A DNA stretch of 64,000 bases from Eledone cirrhosa (GCA_964016885.1 OZ024743.1:97960001-98024000); one strand, 5' to 3'; counted from the stretch's first letter, positions 42,301-56,046 are shown. Numbers and translations are program-made. Notes: generated from the letters alone by a model not told the origin.

Positions 42301-42699
42301 GTGTGTGTGAATATATGTGTATACATAGTTTTATTGATTGCTCAGATTGACGCAATGTCGTACATTTGATGAGTAAGGGCATATTCGATTAAATCAACCG
42401 TAATATATGCCTAGCACATTGAATCGCCTTTAAACAGATTGGTAGACAAAATCGAAGCCAGTATAATTTAGAGTCAGAACACAGGAGAGAGAAATTATAT
42501 TTTGTAATACATTTAGTTGTGTGCACTATTACATCTGCAGGTGACATCTGCTGCTGCATGTGAAGCAAATCTAACTCGATTTATAGCAGTAGAATTTCTA
42601 TAGTTGACATTAACATGTAATGGTTGTGAGTTATATAAAGTAACATTTACCCAAATCCATGATATCCCGAAGAGGTACAACCAATAATTTCAAGTCAAT

Positions 42700-45017
42700 G
42701 TTGGGCTTCCTGGTTCAAGTCCAGAGAAAAATCTCCCTCCGATCTCGTTGTATCCTAGAACTATCCTGTGTTGTATAACATACAACATCCTCGACAGAAC
42801 CCTTTACATCATGACATCAGGAAGACCTTTAAAAAGATAGAGATGATTTAGAGATACATGATTTAAAACCCTAAACACCAAACTACACTAGGTGAAACAC
42901 GAACTCACAGCTAGAGCTAAAGAACTAAGATATAAATCAACAGCCTATAAACGGCAACAGGTTATTTTACAGAGATCCCAAGTCAGTCTTCGTAGATACA
43001 ACGTAAAAGGCTCAATCTCTGTAAAAGATGCGCTGATAAAATATCAGGTTGAGGGCTACTGGAGATCTGTATGGGAAACAAATGGTGATTTCAACAAACA
43101 AGCTGTATGGCTAAAAGAACTTGAGCAGGACCAGCTTTACTGAAAATGTCAAACAGAAAATTCCCTTGCCCAGACATCGTTACAGGTTAATGGCTGAAGA
43201 ATTTCACCTTTTATCGGCGAGATACAGTTGTATGGAGAAAATATCAACGGTACAAGATAACTCATTATGAGCTGCCACTTCTCTCTTCATCTCTGAAAAT
43301 AGCCAAACCACCCTTGAAAAGTATTACCGCCTGCCAGAACATCATATACAAATTATACACTGGACACCTCAATCTGTTCTTTCAGAATCATTGTGTCACC
43401 AATAACAGTATAGCACCCGAGCAATCTGTGGGAAATAGGGCTTCATACAGCAGCTACTATTTAACAAAATGTTCCAAGAAAAGTAGTAAAGAATCGCAGG
43501 AAGTTAACTGAAAAGTGGCTGGTCAACTAGCAACTTTTGATAGTAGACTATATCATGTTAGATACAATTCACGAGACATTTTTCAGGGTGATAGTCAGGG
43601 CTGCTCTTCGTCCTTTCATTAAACCCACTATTATACCTGCTCGCAAGATATAGTAACCATAGATATGGATCCAAAAGTACCTCTGTTATCTTTGCCGATG
43701 ACCTGAAATTGTATGGACCAAATATCTTGAACATAAAAAGACAAGTGTACCTCATTACTCAATTTTCTACAGACATTGGAATGAAATATATTGAGTCTAG
43801 ATGTGCACTTTTGAATATAAAAGGTGGAAAGGTGGTACCCTCCTCTGAAAACCTAAAAGGGAACGGCCTGACGATACAACCTGAACAGTCAGAGAACCAG
43901 GAATGAATACCTTATAGGGGCAAGGACAATATGGTTATCAGAAATAATGAGCACATTACCCATAATACTTTTGACCTGCTGAACTTTTGATTGCAAGAAC
44001 TGAGCAAAATGGTTATAAAAATTTGCAAGCTGCTCAGTGATACTGGAAACGTTAACGTCGCGCGTGGAGGGTAGCCGGGGCCTAAAATTCATATTGACAT
44101 TATACGAGACCCAGATAATAATACTGAAGCAACTTCGTTAACAAAAGGAAAAGGTCAGCAGGCATCTTGCTCGGGTTTATGGGCATGAAAATAATATAGT
44201 TAGACAGCCACTGATCTAGACGAGAGACATGAAATAAAACATGATAGACATCTGTTTCCCAATAACATAGGAAGATTCTATACAATGCTCGAACGAAATT
44301 TTTTTTAATGGATCAATTCCCCCGAGAAGGTTGTACATGGGTACTTGAGACAGAACACAGAGGGAATAAACTATACTAAAAGCATGATATGGAGTTCCGA
44401 AATGTTCATAACATCCCACCGTGAGGATTTCTCAATGCAATCCTGGAACAAGAAATCCTCACCAAGTACCCATTCCACAGAGGAAGGTCATCAGTTGACA
44501 ATAAATGTAGGCTGTGCAAAATAAAGATTAAAGATGTTAGCCACATTATTGTCAACTGCGACAGAATTACTTCTTGTTACTACCTCCCTATGATGTGGTA
44601 GCTAGTACAATCTGGAATGTATTACGGGAGACGAAAATAAAACCAATAGGGAGGAATATGTTGAGACTGATGGTTCAAAAAAATAAACCTATATATATAT
44701 ATATAAAAACTGCCACCAAATTAGAGCACAACTGGACTAATATTTTTGTTTGGGAACAGACAATAAAAATATATTCTGTTGTAGAAGACAGGTGCCGACT
44801 TGATATCAATGTGGTAAGAAAATTGCTAGAGTAGGAGGATATCTAAGGACCATTGACAAGGGGTTTGTAGATACATTATCCAAGCTTCATACCAGTTATT
44901 ATTGGAGCTACATGTTATATACCAACTCTCCTGAACCAAAGTATTATTGAACTTTGGTTTGTGAAGAAAGAACGTCGCTCCTGTCAAAAATAAACTTAAA
45001 ATTAAGAGAAAAAGAGA
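42700..45017 (+). pseudogene. Highly decayed RLE-type (R4/Dong-like) non-LTR retrotransposon
   Basis: YWRSVWE, ITACQNIIYKLYT, IFQGDS, FADDLKLY, FSTDIGM, KCRLCK...SHIIVNC in order; followed by (ACAT)n; 5' boundary approximate. Confidence 0.65.
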
Positions 45018-45117
45018 ACATACATACATACATACATACATACATACATACATACATACATACATACATACATACATACGTACGTACTTACATACATACA
45101 TTCATACATACATACAT
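45018..45117. repeat. (ACAT)n microsatellite
   Basis: direct reading. Confidence 0.95.
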
Positions 45118-45152
45118 ATATTTACTTAAATACATAGAGACAGACATAGTAG

Positions 45153-45216
<64 letters not shown>

Positions 45217-45636
45217 TATAAAGAGAGAGAGAGAAGTAGTTAGGTAGGTAGATTAGCTATTTCATATATTTTCATTTAATTTCGTAACATGTTAGGAATA
45301 CTCTACAGTATTTCTCAGCTCATAACGACAGATCGATACAACAGTATCAGCTCATGGTCATATTGATTGAAGTCGTGTCGTTTGCTGTACTACTAGTTGT
45401 CACCAAGGTGATGGAATCAGAAGACCACAATATCACTGATTTTCCGAACGATTCCCAGAAAAAACATCGATAATTTTACGAATATCCAGTGGTCGTCTGC
45501 TTAACAAGTTTACTGTTGCTCAAGGAGGTAGATCTATAAATATGATGCAGCGTCACTCAGTTCAAACCCGAGTAAATAGAATAGAATATATAATGTAAGT
45601 TCTAAAATAACAAAATAACGTTGACGTGGATTGAGA

Positions 45637-45680
<44 letters not shown>

Positions 45681-45683
45681 CAT

Positions 45684-45755
45684 AACAAAGAGGGTGTGGT
45701 AAGATACCAGGTCCCCGACGGCTGAGCTCCAGCCGTTTCGACAGCTAGATCCGAA

Positions 45756-45758
<3 letters not shown>
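45684..45758. mobile_element. Family H, internally deleted copy
   Basis: aacaaagagggtgtggtaagataccagg + tccccgacggctgagctccagccgtttcgac. Confidence 0.65.
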
Positions 45759-45795
<37 letters not shown>

Positions 45796-46289
45796 ATAAT
45801 AATAAATTTGAAGACTAAAATCCAAAGAGGGCTCGATAAGGATAAATATATATCACATATATAAGAACCGTAGAGCAAATATTTATTAAAATAACAGATT
45901 AAAGTTTAAGCAAAGAATCATTGCTTTCACCCTTAAAGGGATCTTCTGAATCTTCATAAGATCCCTTTAGGGTTGAAAGCAGCGATTATATATATATAAA
46001 AAGAAGCGCACTTCTTAATATATATCTTAATTAACTAGCAACAAGAATGCTAATTATATGCAAATCAGTAGGTTTCATAATACTAATGAGAAGGAATACG
46101 TGTATATAAGCCCCTCAAATACGTGTTACCTTGTGGTTGTTGTGCTGATATACACGCCTACCGAAAATAGTTTAAAGATGTTTATCATGTTTTCAATTGA
46201 CAGGGAAATTCGTATTTTCCGGAAAATTTTCATGCTTACATCTTAGAAATGTCTATATTTATATACACATTGGCACAGTCTCTGTTACC

Positions 46290-46327
<38 letters not shown>

Positions 46328-46569
46328 CCAATGGTACAGTCTCGGGTACCCAATGTGTATATTTATATGCATTAGTACAGTCTCTGTTACCCACTGTGTG
46401 TATATATATATATATATATATATACACACTGGTTCAGTCTCTGTTACCCAATGTATATATATGTATATATATGTATATATAGGAGCGATCGACTTTCGTC
46501 AAATCGGACCGAGGAAACAATGTTTCCATCGGTTTTTCCAGTTGCTAATACTATCTATCGGTCGCAACT

Positions 46570-46700
46570 CCAGGTAGAAGGAGCAACGTGAAATAAAGTG
46601 TATTGCTCAAGGACATAACGCATTTCCCAGTTCGGGAATCGAACTCACAACCTCAAGATTGCGAATCCAGTTCTCTAACCACTCAGCCATATGCCTTCAC
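46570..46700 (-). mobile_element. Second SINE family (tRNA head + CORE-like domain); another copy at ~58164-58265
   Basis: Minus strand TGGCTGAGTGGTTAGA...GAGTTCGATTCCC...TGTCCTTGAGCAATACACTTTATTTCAC. Confidence 0.7.
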
Positions 46701-46854
46701 ACTGGTACAATCTCGGGTACCAACTGAGAGTACAAACACGTGCTTTGTCTAAAAAATGTGTATTTGTCCATATCCTTCTCTTCTCACTCTCCTCTATCTT
46801 TCTATTTCTTCTTTTATTTCTCATTCTATCTTCTGAATATTATATATAATATAT

Positions 46855-47045
46855 AGGGCGGTGGATGGCAGTATCGAAGAGGGTCTGACGCCATGCTTTG
46901 CAGCAAAGAGTTACGGCCCTTGCCATTCTGAGTTCAAATCCCGCCGAGGTTAACTTTGCCTTTCATCCTTATGGGGTCGATAAAATAAAGTACCAGTAAT
47001 GTACTGGGTAATTGCTGGCCTTGTGCCAAAAGTAGAAACAATTAT
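46855..47045 (+). mobile_element. SINE
   Basis: full match to SINE consensus. Confidence 0.85.
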
Positions 47046-47081
47046 ATATAATATATATATATATATATATAGAGAGAGAGG

Positions 47082-47114
<33 letters not shown>

Positions 47115-47196
47115 GGAGAGGGAGAGAAAGAGAGAACACTGGAAGGTAATATCTGTAGTGGTAGAGCACTCAGTCCATGGGACGAGTTTGGTAGAA

Positions 47197-47384
47197 GTAG
47201 TAACACAACAGTTAGTTCACCATACCAAGAACAATTGTTTCACCTTAGCGGATCTTCAGCTCGGACTGGTCATGATTATATGGTTGTTCTTCCTGTTCCG
47301 TATAACAATGACCAGTCCGAGCTGAAGATCCGCTAAGGTGAAACAATTGTTCTCGGTATGGTGAACTAACTGTTCTGTTACTAC
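47197..47384. mobile_element. Fold-back derivative of a Penelope pLTR with an HHR in both arms
   Basis: 77-bp arms; sequence matches 50496-50600. Confidence 0.85.
47317..47356 (+). ncRNA. Minimal type I hammerhead ribozyme
   Basis: CCGAG-CTGAAGA-T CC gctaa GG T-GAAAC AATT GTT-CTCGG; 5-bp stem I, palindromic stem III. Confidence 0.75.
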
Positions 47385-47396
47385 ATATATATATAT

Positions 47397-47452
<56 letters not shown>

Positions 47453-48493
47453 TGTTCGTTGCGAAACTGTCCTTACCATGTCCACGGCTGGACCAAATGA
47501 TATTGAGCTGAGTGAAAATGGGTAGACGTTAACTAGCTGAAAACCCATTAGATGGATTTTAACTGTACTTTAAATGTCCATCCTTCTTGCATCTTGCGTC
47601 ATTTGACTTGGAAAATATAAGGATATATGTTTCTGTAGAATATTCCACCAGTTACACATGATAAATGTTTAGTTAATCGAACACACGAAGGCTGCTCATC
47701 GTTGAACTCGACGTAATCCATCATGCTTGCATGTAAACACGTAAAGAAGAGAGAAAATAAAGGGAACTTTAAAGACATCGAGAAAAGTGCTTTGAGATAC
47801 GCATTCTTAAAACTACTCTTACGTTTACCAGCGGAGACTAAGTTGCACTGAAACAATAGTTCTTCACTTTTCTTACTGGTTCCAACGCAAATACCATTTG
47901 TCGACCAATTATGTTTATCATTATTCAACCAATCTTCTGCTTTGAGGTTTATTTGGAGAAGAAGAAAAAAATACATTATTAATTTACCTTTCATTCTAAG
48001 CGCATTACATTTGTATGAAACAATTAAAGGGATTATTCTTTTCTTTTTCTCTTTGTGTTTTTCTTTTAGTTGAAAATGAAAGGGGGGATAGTATGATTCA
48101 TTTGATTACTTCGATTTTCTTTCCAGCAATCTTCTAGAATTATTCCGTGCAGTAAGAAGTTTCTTCCGTAAAAAATATTTTATGTCATCCGCTGGTTTAC
48201 AACGAAATTACTTGCTTAAACGAATCATCCGGTTCAACTATCGTTTCCACCTTAAACAGAAGATTCCTTTAAAACTTCGATTGTAGTTGTTTGATGCCTG
48301 TTATTGTTGTTTCTAGGTTTGTTGTTGGTGTTGTTGTTATTCCTCATGCTATTCTTTTGTTTTCCTATTCCATCTACTTTATTATGTCCAGAGAGAATTT
48401 TACTTTTACCTCTTGTAAGCTTCCAAAGCAAGATATTTATATATGTGTGTGTGAGTGTGTGTATATTTATATATATTATGTATATATATACAT

Positions 48494-48680
48494 ATTGTTT
48501 CTACTTTAGGCACAAGGCCAGCACATACCCAGTGCATTACTGGTACTTTATTTTATCGACCCCGTAAGGATGAAAGGCAAAGTCAACCTCGCCGGGATTT
48601 GAACTCAGATCGTAAAGGGACGTAACTATGCTGGAAAGCATGGCGTCCGACCCCCTACCGATACTGCCAATCCACTGCCA
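48494..48680 (-). mobile_element. SINE (further copies at ~49428-49617 -, 58603-58730 -, 59520-59630 +; degenerate copies near 7310, 8790, 9765, 13340, 15270, 49040, 57050)
   Basis: match to SINE consensus. Confidence 0.8.
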
Positions 48681-48734
48681 TAATATTATGTATATATATA
48701 TATATATATATATATAAATTATGTATATATATAT

Positions 48735-48932
48735 AACGAAGGAAATGTGGTAAGGAACCAGGTGGATCATAACGCACCAAAGTACTCAATACTTAGGGTA
48801 GTAGAGTGGGTAATAGGAACGAGTAGGACCCCGACGGCTGAGCTCAAGCCGTTTCGACGGCTAATTCTGGACTCAGAGTCCAGAATTAGCCGTCGAAACG
48901 GCTTGAGCTCAGCCGTCGGGGTCCTACTCGTT

Positions 48933-48935
<3 letters not shown>
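48735..48935. mobile_element. Family H hairpin element
   Basis: perfect ~62-bp arms with a 1-nt loop; (TA)n flanks. Confidence 0.85.
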
Positions 48936-49008
<73 letters not shown>

Positions 49009-50443
49009 TGCCGGGTAATGGGAGAGAGATATGTACACCTCACTTGCCTGGTCGTGAACTAGTACTTTATTTTACGAACTCCAAAATGTCGAAATGCAAC
49101 GTTGACCAGTGTGGAATTAGAACATGGAATGTGAATAGATGAAACAATAACACGAACCATTTTGTCTGATGCTCTAACGAGTTTAATACTTTGCCATCTT
49201 TTACTGTGTATGAGGAAGAAAAATACTACTAGTTGTTTTCAAATTTGCCATTCAAATATAAATTGATTTCTTCCGAAAATTGCTTATAAGATTAATAGAG
49301 AAATCATTATTTATTTAGAAGAGACTGTATGATTTGTAAATTCTTTGTTGATAATACACTACATTTCACTATTCAGATAAACGGTGTCTTCACACACATT
49401 ATCGCAAATTTTTTTTTATTAATTGTGATTGTTTATACTTTTGGCACAAGGCCAGCAATTACCCCAGTGCATTACTGGTACTTTATTTTGTCGATCACGT
49501 AAGGATGAAAGGCAAGTTAACCTCGGCTGGATTTGCACTCAGAACGTAAAGGGACATAACTCTATACCGCAAAGCATGGTGTGTGATGCTCTACAGATAC
49601 TGCCAATCCACCACCCTTATTTTTATATAAAATACGATCCAATAAGGGAGCCTCAACGTGAAAGCTCAAGATAAAACTCTACCGTTTTAAAAGGAAAAGA
49701 GTAGGTATTCGGTATATTTTGTCTGAATGAAAGACGGGTTGGTTCTGCCTGCAATTTATTTAATCATCTCTTCTGATGTGGAACTAAACAACAAGTATAA
49801 TAACTAAATCACATTTACTCCTTAACTCAAGTGTCATTAGAACATTTCTATTGTGGACCATGAAATATATTAATTTATTTATTTATTCATATATAATTAA
49901 TTACTTCTGTATAAACAAAGGTTCATACACTTAACATTTATGTGCTGCCATTGGTTTTGGGGTCCAGTCATGGCCACCACTATAGAATGGAAGAGGCACT
50001 TTTAAACTGACCCTTCTTTCAGGCACGACTATATATAAATAGATACATATACACACGCACACTCACACATACACACACACAAACACACACACATATATAT
50101 ATACATACATATACAAAAGCATACATATACAAAAACACATGCAAACATACGTACATAAATATGTACACCCAGTTTATGTATGTGATTTTATCTGTGTATA
50201 TATATATGTGTGTGTGTGTATGTGTATGGTGGCTGCCAACTCATTTTCGAGTATGGCCAATACTTTATATCCATGTAGGAGAACCCCTATCGATGTGCTG
50301 AACGAGTGTGACTTTTTAGTCCAGCCAGCGACTTGAAAACTCTGGTACAAACACTACACTTGTGACAATTATTGACACATAGTGCTGGGCCCATGTGATG
50401 ACAAGTGCAGAGAGATCTCCAGATATAAAGCAATGCCTGCGCC

Positions 50444-50495
<52 letters not shown>

Positions 50496-50497
<2 letters not shown>

Positions 50498-53070
50498 GTG
50501 GTTACACAACAGTTAGTTCACTATACCGAGAACAATTGTTTCACCTTAGCGGATCCTCAGCTCGTAATGGGCATGGTTATACGGAACAGGAAGAACAACC
50601 GTACGAACGCGCATGCGCAGAAACCGGTCGCTTCACACAGGCAATGCTAAAATGCGTGCGAGAGGTGTAACGGAGATAACTGCGAAAGTCCGAAAAGTTT
50701 TTAGTTGATAAGAAAAAATATTGATGTTGTTACAATAATTCATATAATCCGGAGAAATCATTTTCTTTAGTTCATCGTGATTTTCGGGGGTGCGTATGGC
50801 TCTGGTCCACCCGTTCCATCTATCTGTGTGGGTTTTCTTGGCTATTGAGGTAATGGTAGGTGGTCTGCCTCTTGCTGGTCTTGTAGGGCACAGGTTGCTA
50901 AGGTCATATGTATCTAGATAATCATTACTATAGGTAAGTTTAAGTAGGAGTCCCAGCTCACTGGTATCAATCCCACGGAATTCAACATTGCTCTCACTGA
51001 TCATTTCTACGCATTTCTCCACAGCAAAATCCACGTCAATAGATGGATACAGGGACACAACATCTATATTACCTATTATGCAGTTTGTTAGGTCCCTAGA
51101 TCGGTTACTCTCGCTGATTCTGCTAAGGAGGTTCTCCGTGCTGTCACATATATCTGGGGACATTTCAAAAGGACTGCCAACAACTTCCAGGCCTGGAACA
51201 ATGACGTGCCAGCGTTGTATGGGCTTCGAAATGACCATAAAACGAGCAGTGACCCTGTCACAGGACCACCAACACGGCCAGTCTGTGGAGCTAACATTGC
51301 TAGTAACTACAGACTTTCCTACTTCCTCTCCCTGATCATACGTCCCATCATTGAAATGTCCACAGAGCCATACGGATCCCCGAAAACCATGGATGAACTG
51401 AAGAAAATGATTGTACATGCGGTGGGGGCCAGCATAAAATTAACCTTTAAGGGACATATGTTCAAATTTAATGGAAAAACATATGCCGAAGAGGAAGGAG
51501 CAGCCATTGGTGTTAGCATTGCATGTGACATAGCTAACCTATTCATGGTATGGTGGGACAATAGACTTAAACTTAAACTTAAAGAACAATTAGAAGACAG
51601 CAATCCCTTAACCCTGATAATGTACTCCCGCTACGTTGATGATATAAACATCGTAGTAAAAACACCCCCACTAAAGAACAGTCAGGAATTAGAGAAAAAC
51701 ACCATGGAAAGCATCCAGCAAATAGCTAACTCCATCCACCAGAGTATTAGAGTTTCTATAGACTACCAAAGCAAACACCCCAACCATCGATTACCTGTAC
51801 TAGACACAGAGCTCTGGTTAGATACCATTAATAACAAAAAACAAATCCTTCATTCCAATTATGCCAAACCCATGACTTCCAAATATCTGATCCACCGAAA
51901 CTCAGCTGTTTCGGACCATACCAAAATCAACATACTGATTGCGGATTTGGTACGGGTGATGAGAAACGTGTCCCGCATGTGCAACCCCAAGAACTAGAGA
52001 GACACATACAACACTTCATCCACCGTATGCAGTTCTCTAGTTACAATCAGAGAGATAAAATCAGAGTATATATAGGAGCCAGAACCAAATGGGAAAAAAT
52101 GGTAAATAATGACACAAATGGGACCTGCCCCTTGTATAGGAGCAAATTTTGGAATAGAATAGAAAGAACTAGGAATAAGGTTAATAGAATAAACTCATGA
52201 TATGATAGCAATAAATACCAGAGTGTAATGTTCATTGATACAACCCCAGATGTGAATTAGCTTACAAATTTAGAAGGGTCCTAGATAAACATAAACTCAA
52301 TATTAAGATAGTAGAAAGACCAGGTACCTCCATAAAAACACTTATTAGCAATACATACCCTTTTCAAAGACCTCCCTGTATAGATAAGAAATGTATAACC
52401 TGTAAATTAAGACCCCATATTAACTGTAAAACTAGAAATGTAGTATATAGCATAAGATGTACTGAAGGACAATGTAGAGATAAGAATATAGTGTACATAG
52501 GTGAGACAGCTCGTAGTATAGGGAACGGATAAATGAACACTGGCGAGACCTTCAAGATAGTAAAGAATCATCTGTACTCTACCAACATGCTAAAATAGAA
52601 CATAAGGGTAAATTAGAGAACATAGAAATAAAAATAGAATCTACACACAGAAAAGACGCAATGTTTAGACAAATCACAGAGGCAATAAACATAAATGAAC
52701 TCCAACCAAAATTAAATAGAAAACATGAATGGAACAGCAACATCACAACTTACAATTAAGGACAAAATGAAAACACACACGCACATAGAACAAACAACCA
52801 ACCAGTAACATGTAAATAAACAAATATAAACACACACAGACACCCGGATGTAACACATGCGCAAACTAAGCACACAACACACAAAAAAACAAGATGGCGT
52901 AGGACAGAACAAAGGAGAGGCACAAAAACAAAGAAAAGAACCCCCGGTCACTGAAGAGGTCACAGAATGTGTGACGAAAGAACTTTGACAATATATAAAC
53001 TATCATCTGAATGTGGAACCAACCAACCGGAAATTTGTAAATTCCTAAATTTATAAATGTATTATAATAA
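50496..53070. mobile_element. Penelope-like locus 2 (rearranged): minus-strand pLTR + RT fragment, then plus-strand RT/GIY-YIG and pLTR
   Basis: Minus: IIGNIDVVSLYPSID. Plus: ALYGLRNDHK, RPVCGA, GAAIG, YSRYVDD, NCKTRNVVYSIRC...YIGETARS, RQITEAINI...PKLNRKHEW. HHRs at 50527-50564 (-) and 52947-52989 (+). Confidence 0.85.
52947..52989 (+). ncRNA. Minimal type I hammerhead ribozyme in the 3' region of Penelope locus 2
   Basis: GTCA-CTGAAGA-G-GTCACA gaatg TGTGAC-GAAAG aa CTT-TGAC; extra nucleotide after A9. Confidence 0.75.
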
Positions 53071-53150
53071 ATTGAAGTGAAAGCAACTGGTGCGTGTGTT
53101 TCTTATTGGCAACATGACCCTGCCAAAGTATAACAATATATATATATATA

Positions 53151-53481
53151 TAAAATTGAAAAAGTGGAGAATAACATGGTCAACAGTATAAAATGGGGAT
53201 TTATTTGCAGTCTAACAATTGTTTCACTGATAAAGTTGTTTAAAAATTGCTGAACACTAAAAGCCATGCCACTCAATTTTAAATACGATGTTAACTCTAT
53301 TAGATCTTCGGAAACAGTTTCTGAAGATCTGATAGAGCTAACATCGTATTTAAAATTGAGTGGCACTGCTTTTAGTGTTCAGCAATTTTTAGACAACTTT
53401 ACCAGTGAAACAATTGTTAGACTGCAAATAAATTCCCTTTTTGTACTGTTGACCATGTTATTCTCCACTTTTTCGATTTTA
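53151..53481. repeat. Fold-back (165-bp arms, 1-nt loop) containing an HHR with a large stem-II insert (53315-53424, +)
   Basis: axis gaaac-a-gtttc at 53316; CAGTTT-CTGAAGA-T CTGATAGAG...CTTTACCAG T-GAAAC AATT GTT-AGACTG. Confidence 0.8.
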
Positions 53482-53641
53482 TTACTCCAAGATAAACTTA
53501 CATAGGAATACAAGTGAAATCATAAACTCGTCATCTACGTAAACCTCTTGTTGAGTCAAACAACGCCGTACGCTAAAGCTATCCATAATAAGAAGTATTC
53601 ACAACCTCTAATTGGATTACCAATAACGATATTTTGTCATC

Positions 53642-53704
<63 letters not shown>

Positions 53705-53727
53705 TGCAATAAACACAATACAATTAT

Positions 53728-53798
53728 TCCATTTACCAAAGGTTTCACGAAGACAGACGAGCTCAACAGAGACGTCTGAAATCGTTCATCGGAATGAA
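53728..53798 (-). ncRNA. Hammerhead motif with a U4->C change
   Basis: Minus strand TTCATT-CCGATGA-ACGA...TCGT-GAAACC ttt GGTA-AATGGA; next to (TA)n. Confidence 0.6.
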
Positions 53799-55242
53799 CA
53801 TTTTAATATGGATGTAAGATATGAAATTAAAAACAATGGCTATTACATTTGAAAGCGAGGCTGAAATAAATGAGCAAATATAAAGTAAGAATTAAAATAA
53901 AACAAAATAAAATAAACAGGAAAAAAATATATATACACTGAAACAGAACGTAAGGTTATGGGTAAAAATAAATACATATATATAATTAAATAGCTCTGTA
54001 GCATACATAGAGCACTCTCCCTTCCTTTACACTTTCTACGGAAATACTTCATATATATATATATCAAGACCTGATTGGTTTTTGCGTTGCTTTGGTTTCA
54101 TTTGGCTAGGCTCACCTGTCGCAGTTTTCAATTTGTCAAGCTATCTAACGTATGTTATTACTCTAAGGTGACCCAACCCTATCGAGTGATTTGCTGCACA
54201 TTCCTAATTGTAATCGTTAGCTTGGCCACAGCCAAAACTTCGATTTTACTAAACTTCCATTTGTATATATATATATATATATATCGTATGGTTGAATAGG
54301 TAAATGTCGAAAGATTCTATATCTCGTCAATCATTACCAACCCCTAAGCCTCACTGAGTGTGAGTAACCCAGCTTCAGAAACAATGTTTCCTATATTTCA
54401 CCATTCTTATGTTATATACCGTACATTATATTCTACAATTCTATCACCTCCAGTATCCTTACGTTCTAATCCAATATTACGTTCTTCTAATCCAATATTA
54501 TAATTTTCTTATCATTTTTAACTTTTTAATTTTTCAAATTAATATTTTAATTTTTAATTTTTAATTCTTTAAATTTTTAATTCTTTAAATTTTTAAATCT
54601 TTAAATTAAACAAAATTTTTTTTTTAATTAATTTTTATTTTACGTTATTTTATTTTACTTTTTCTAATTTATAATTTCTTTTCTTCCATTTTAACATTCT
54701 GTCGTTGTATCATGTCTGGCAGCTTCCCAATTCTTTAACTTCCTTTATTCCTCATACCTTATATCTTATGTGTACCTAACACCCACACCACCCCGCCACC
54801 ACAACTATCAAGTTATAAATATTCCATTATATTTACAACCCTCGTTGTATTTATATCTCTATAAGTTATATTCCTATATATTTCATATATTTACATCAAT
54901 ATCTTCAACATTCATTCACCCATCATAGTTCGAATCTTGTGTGTAAATGTGTATATAAGAATGAGTCTAAAAGCTGTTTCTAGTATAGTTATGTTTGTGT
55001 GTGTATATATATAGTTAAATATATGCACCTGCATGTAGGGGCAGTGGAAGAATTTCTGAATCAAGGGAGCCAAATTTGGTCAATATAGTTGTAGTGATTA
55101 GTTCAGCTCTTTGCACTCTAAAATGGTCAGAAAACTTCGATATGCGATAAACATAACATGTACATAAATTGTAGCTCATTTCTAAATAGATGTGTGTTTT
55201 GATAGATTGAGGGTAAAAATATAATTATTGAAACCTTGGTTG

Positions 55243-55288
55243 TTGTCTGACGAGCCTGCGATAAACAGGCGAAACTCCAGAGTAACAA
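55243..55288 (+). ncRNA. Canonical type I hammerhead ribozyme
   Basis: TTGT-CTGACGA-GCCTG cgataaa CAGGC-GAAACTC ca GAGTA-ACAA; all three stems pair; GUA site. Confidence 0.85.
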
Positions 55289-55400
55289 GACTCACTATTC
55301 ATCCTTAATAAAATGAATATATATATGTAATAGGGTGAAAGCAGAAATTATTTGCTTAAACTTTAATCTGTATTAATAATAAATATTTGCTCTACGGGTT

Positions 55401-55475
<75 letters not shown>

Positions 55476-55478
<3 letters not shown>

Positions 55479-55617
55479 ACTCCAGAAATAGCCGTCGAAA
55501 TGGCTTGAGCTCTGCCGTCAGGGTTAAACATTTTCCTATTACCCACTCTACTACACTAAGTATTGAATATTCCGGTGCGTTATGGTCCATCTGGTTCTTT
55601 ACCACACCTCCTTTGTT
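55476..55617. mobile_element. Family H single-arm (unfolded) copy, opposite orientation
   Basis: reverse complement of the family body with no inverted arm; (TA)n flanks. Confidence 0.8.
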
Positions 55618-55802
55618 ATATATATATATATATCAGTGTGTATGTGTGTGTGTGTCTGAATGTATGTGTGTGTGTGTGTTTGTATGTGTGGATGTGTGTG
55701 TCTATGTGTGTGTGTGAGTGTGAGTGTACAAATATATATATATTCATATGTATATACGCATGTATATATATATATATATAATACATATGTCTATATATAC
55801 AA

Positions 55803-55882
<80 letters not shown>

Positions 55883-56046
55883 ATATATAAATTTGAGTAT
55901 GTGTGTGTTGGTTGTTTACCGACACTTCAGTATGCAGGGTAGAGCACTCAACGAAGTGCGCAGGTGGGTCTGTATACTCCGGGGGTAATGTAAAAATAAG
56001 AAGGGTAAGTCAACAGCTTAAAATTAACTTCGTTTATTCATATTCT

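Noticed and set aside
45908-45990. HHR in a small palindrome (AGA-TCCC...GGGT-GAAAG)
   Set aside because: The palindrome is real but the CUGA core and cleavage triplet are missing; remnant at most
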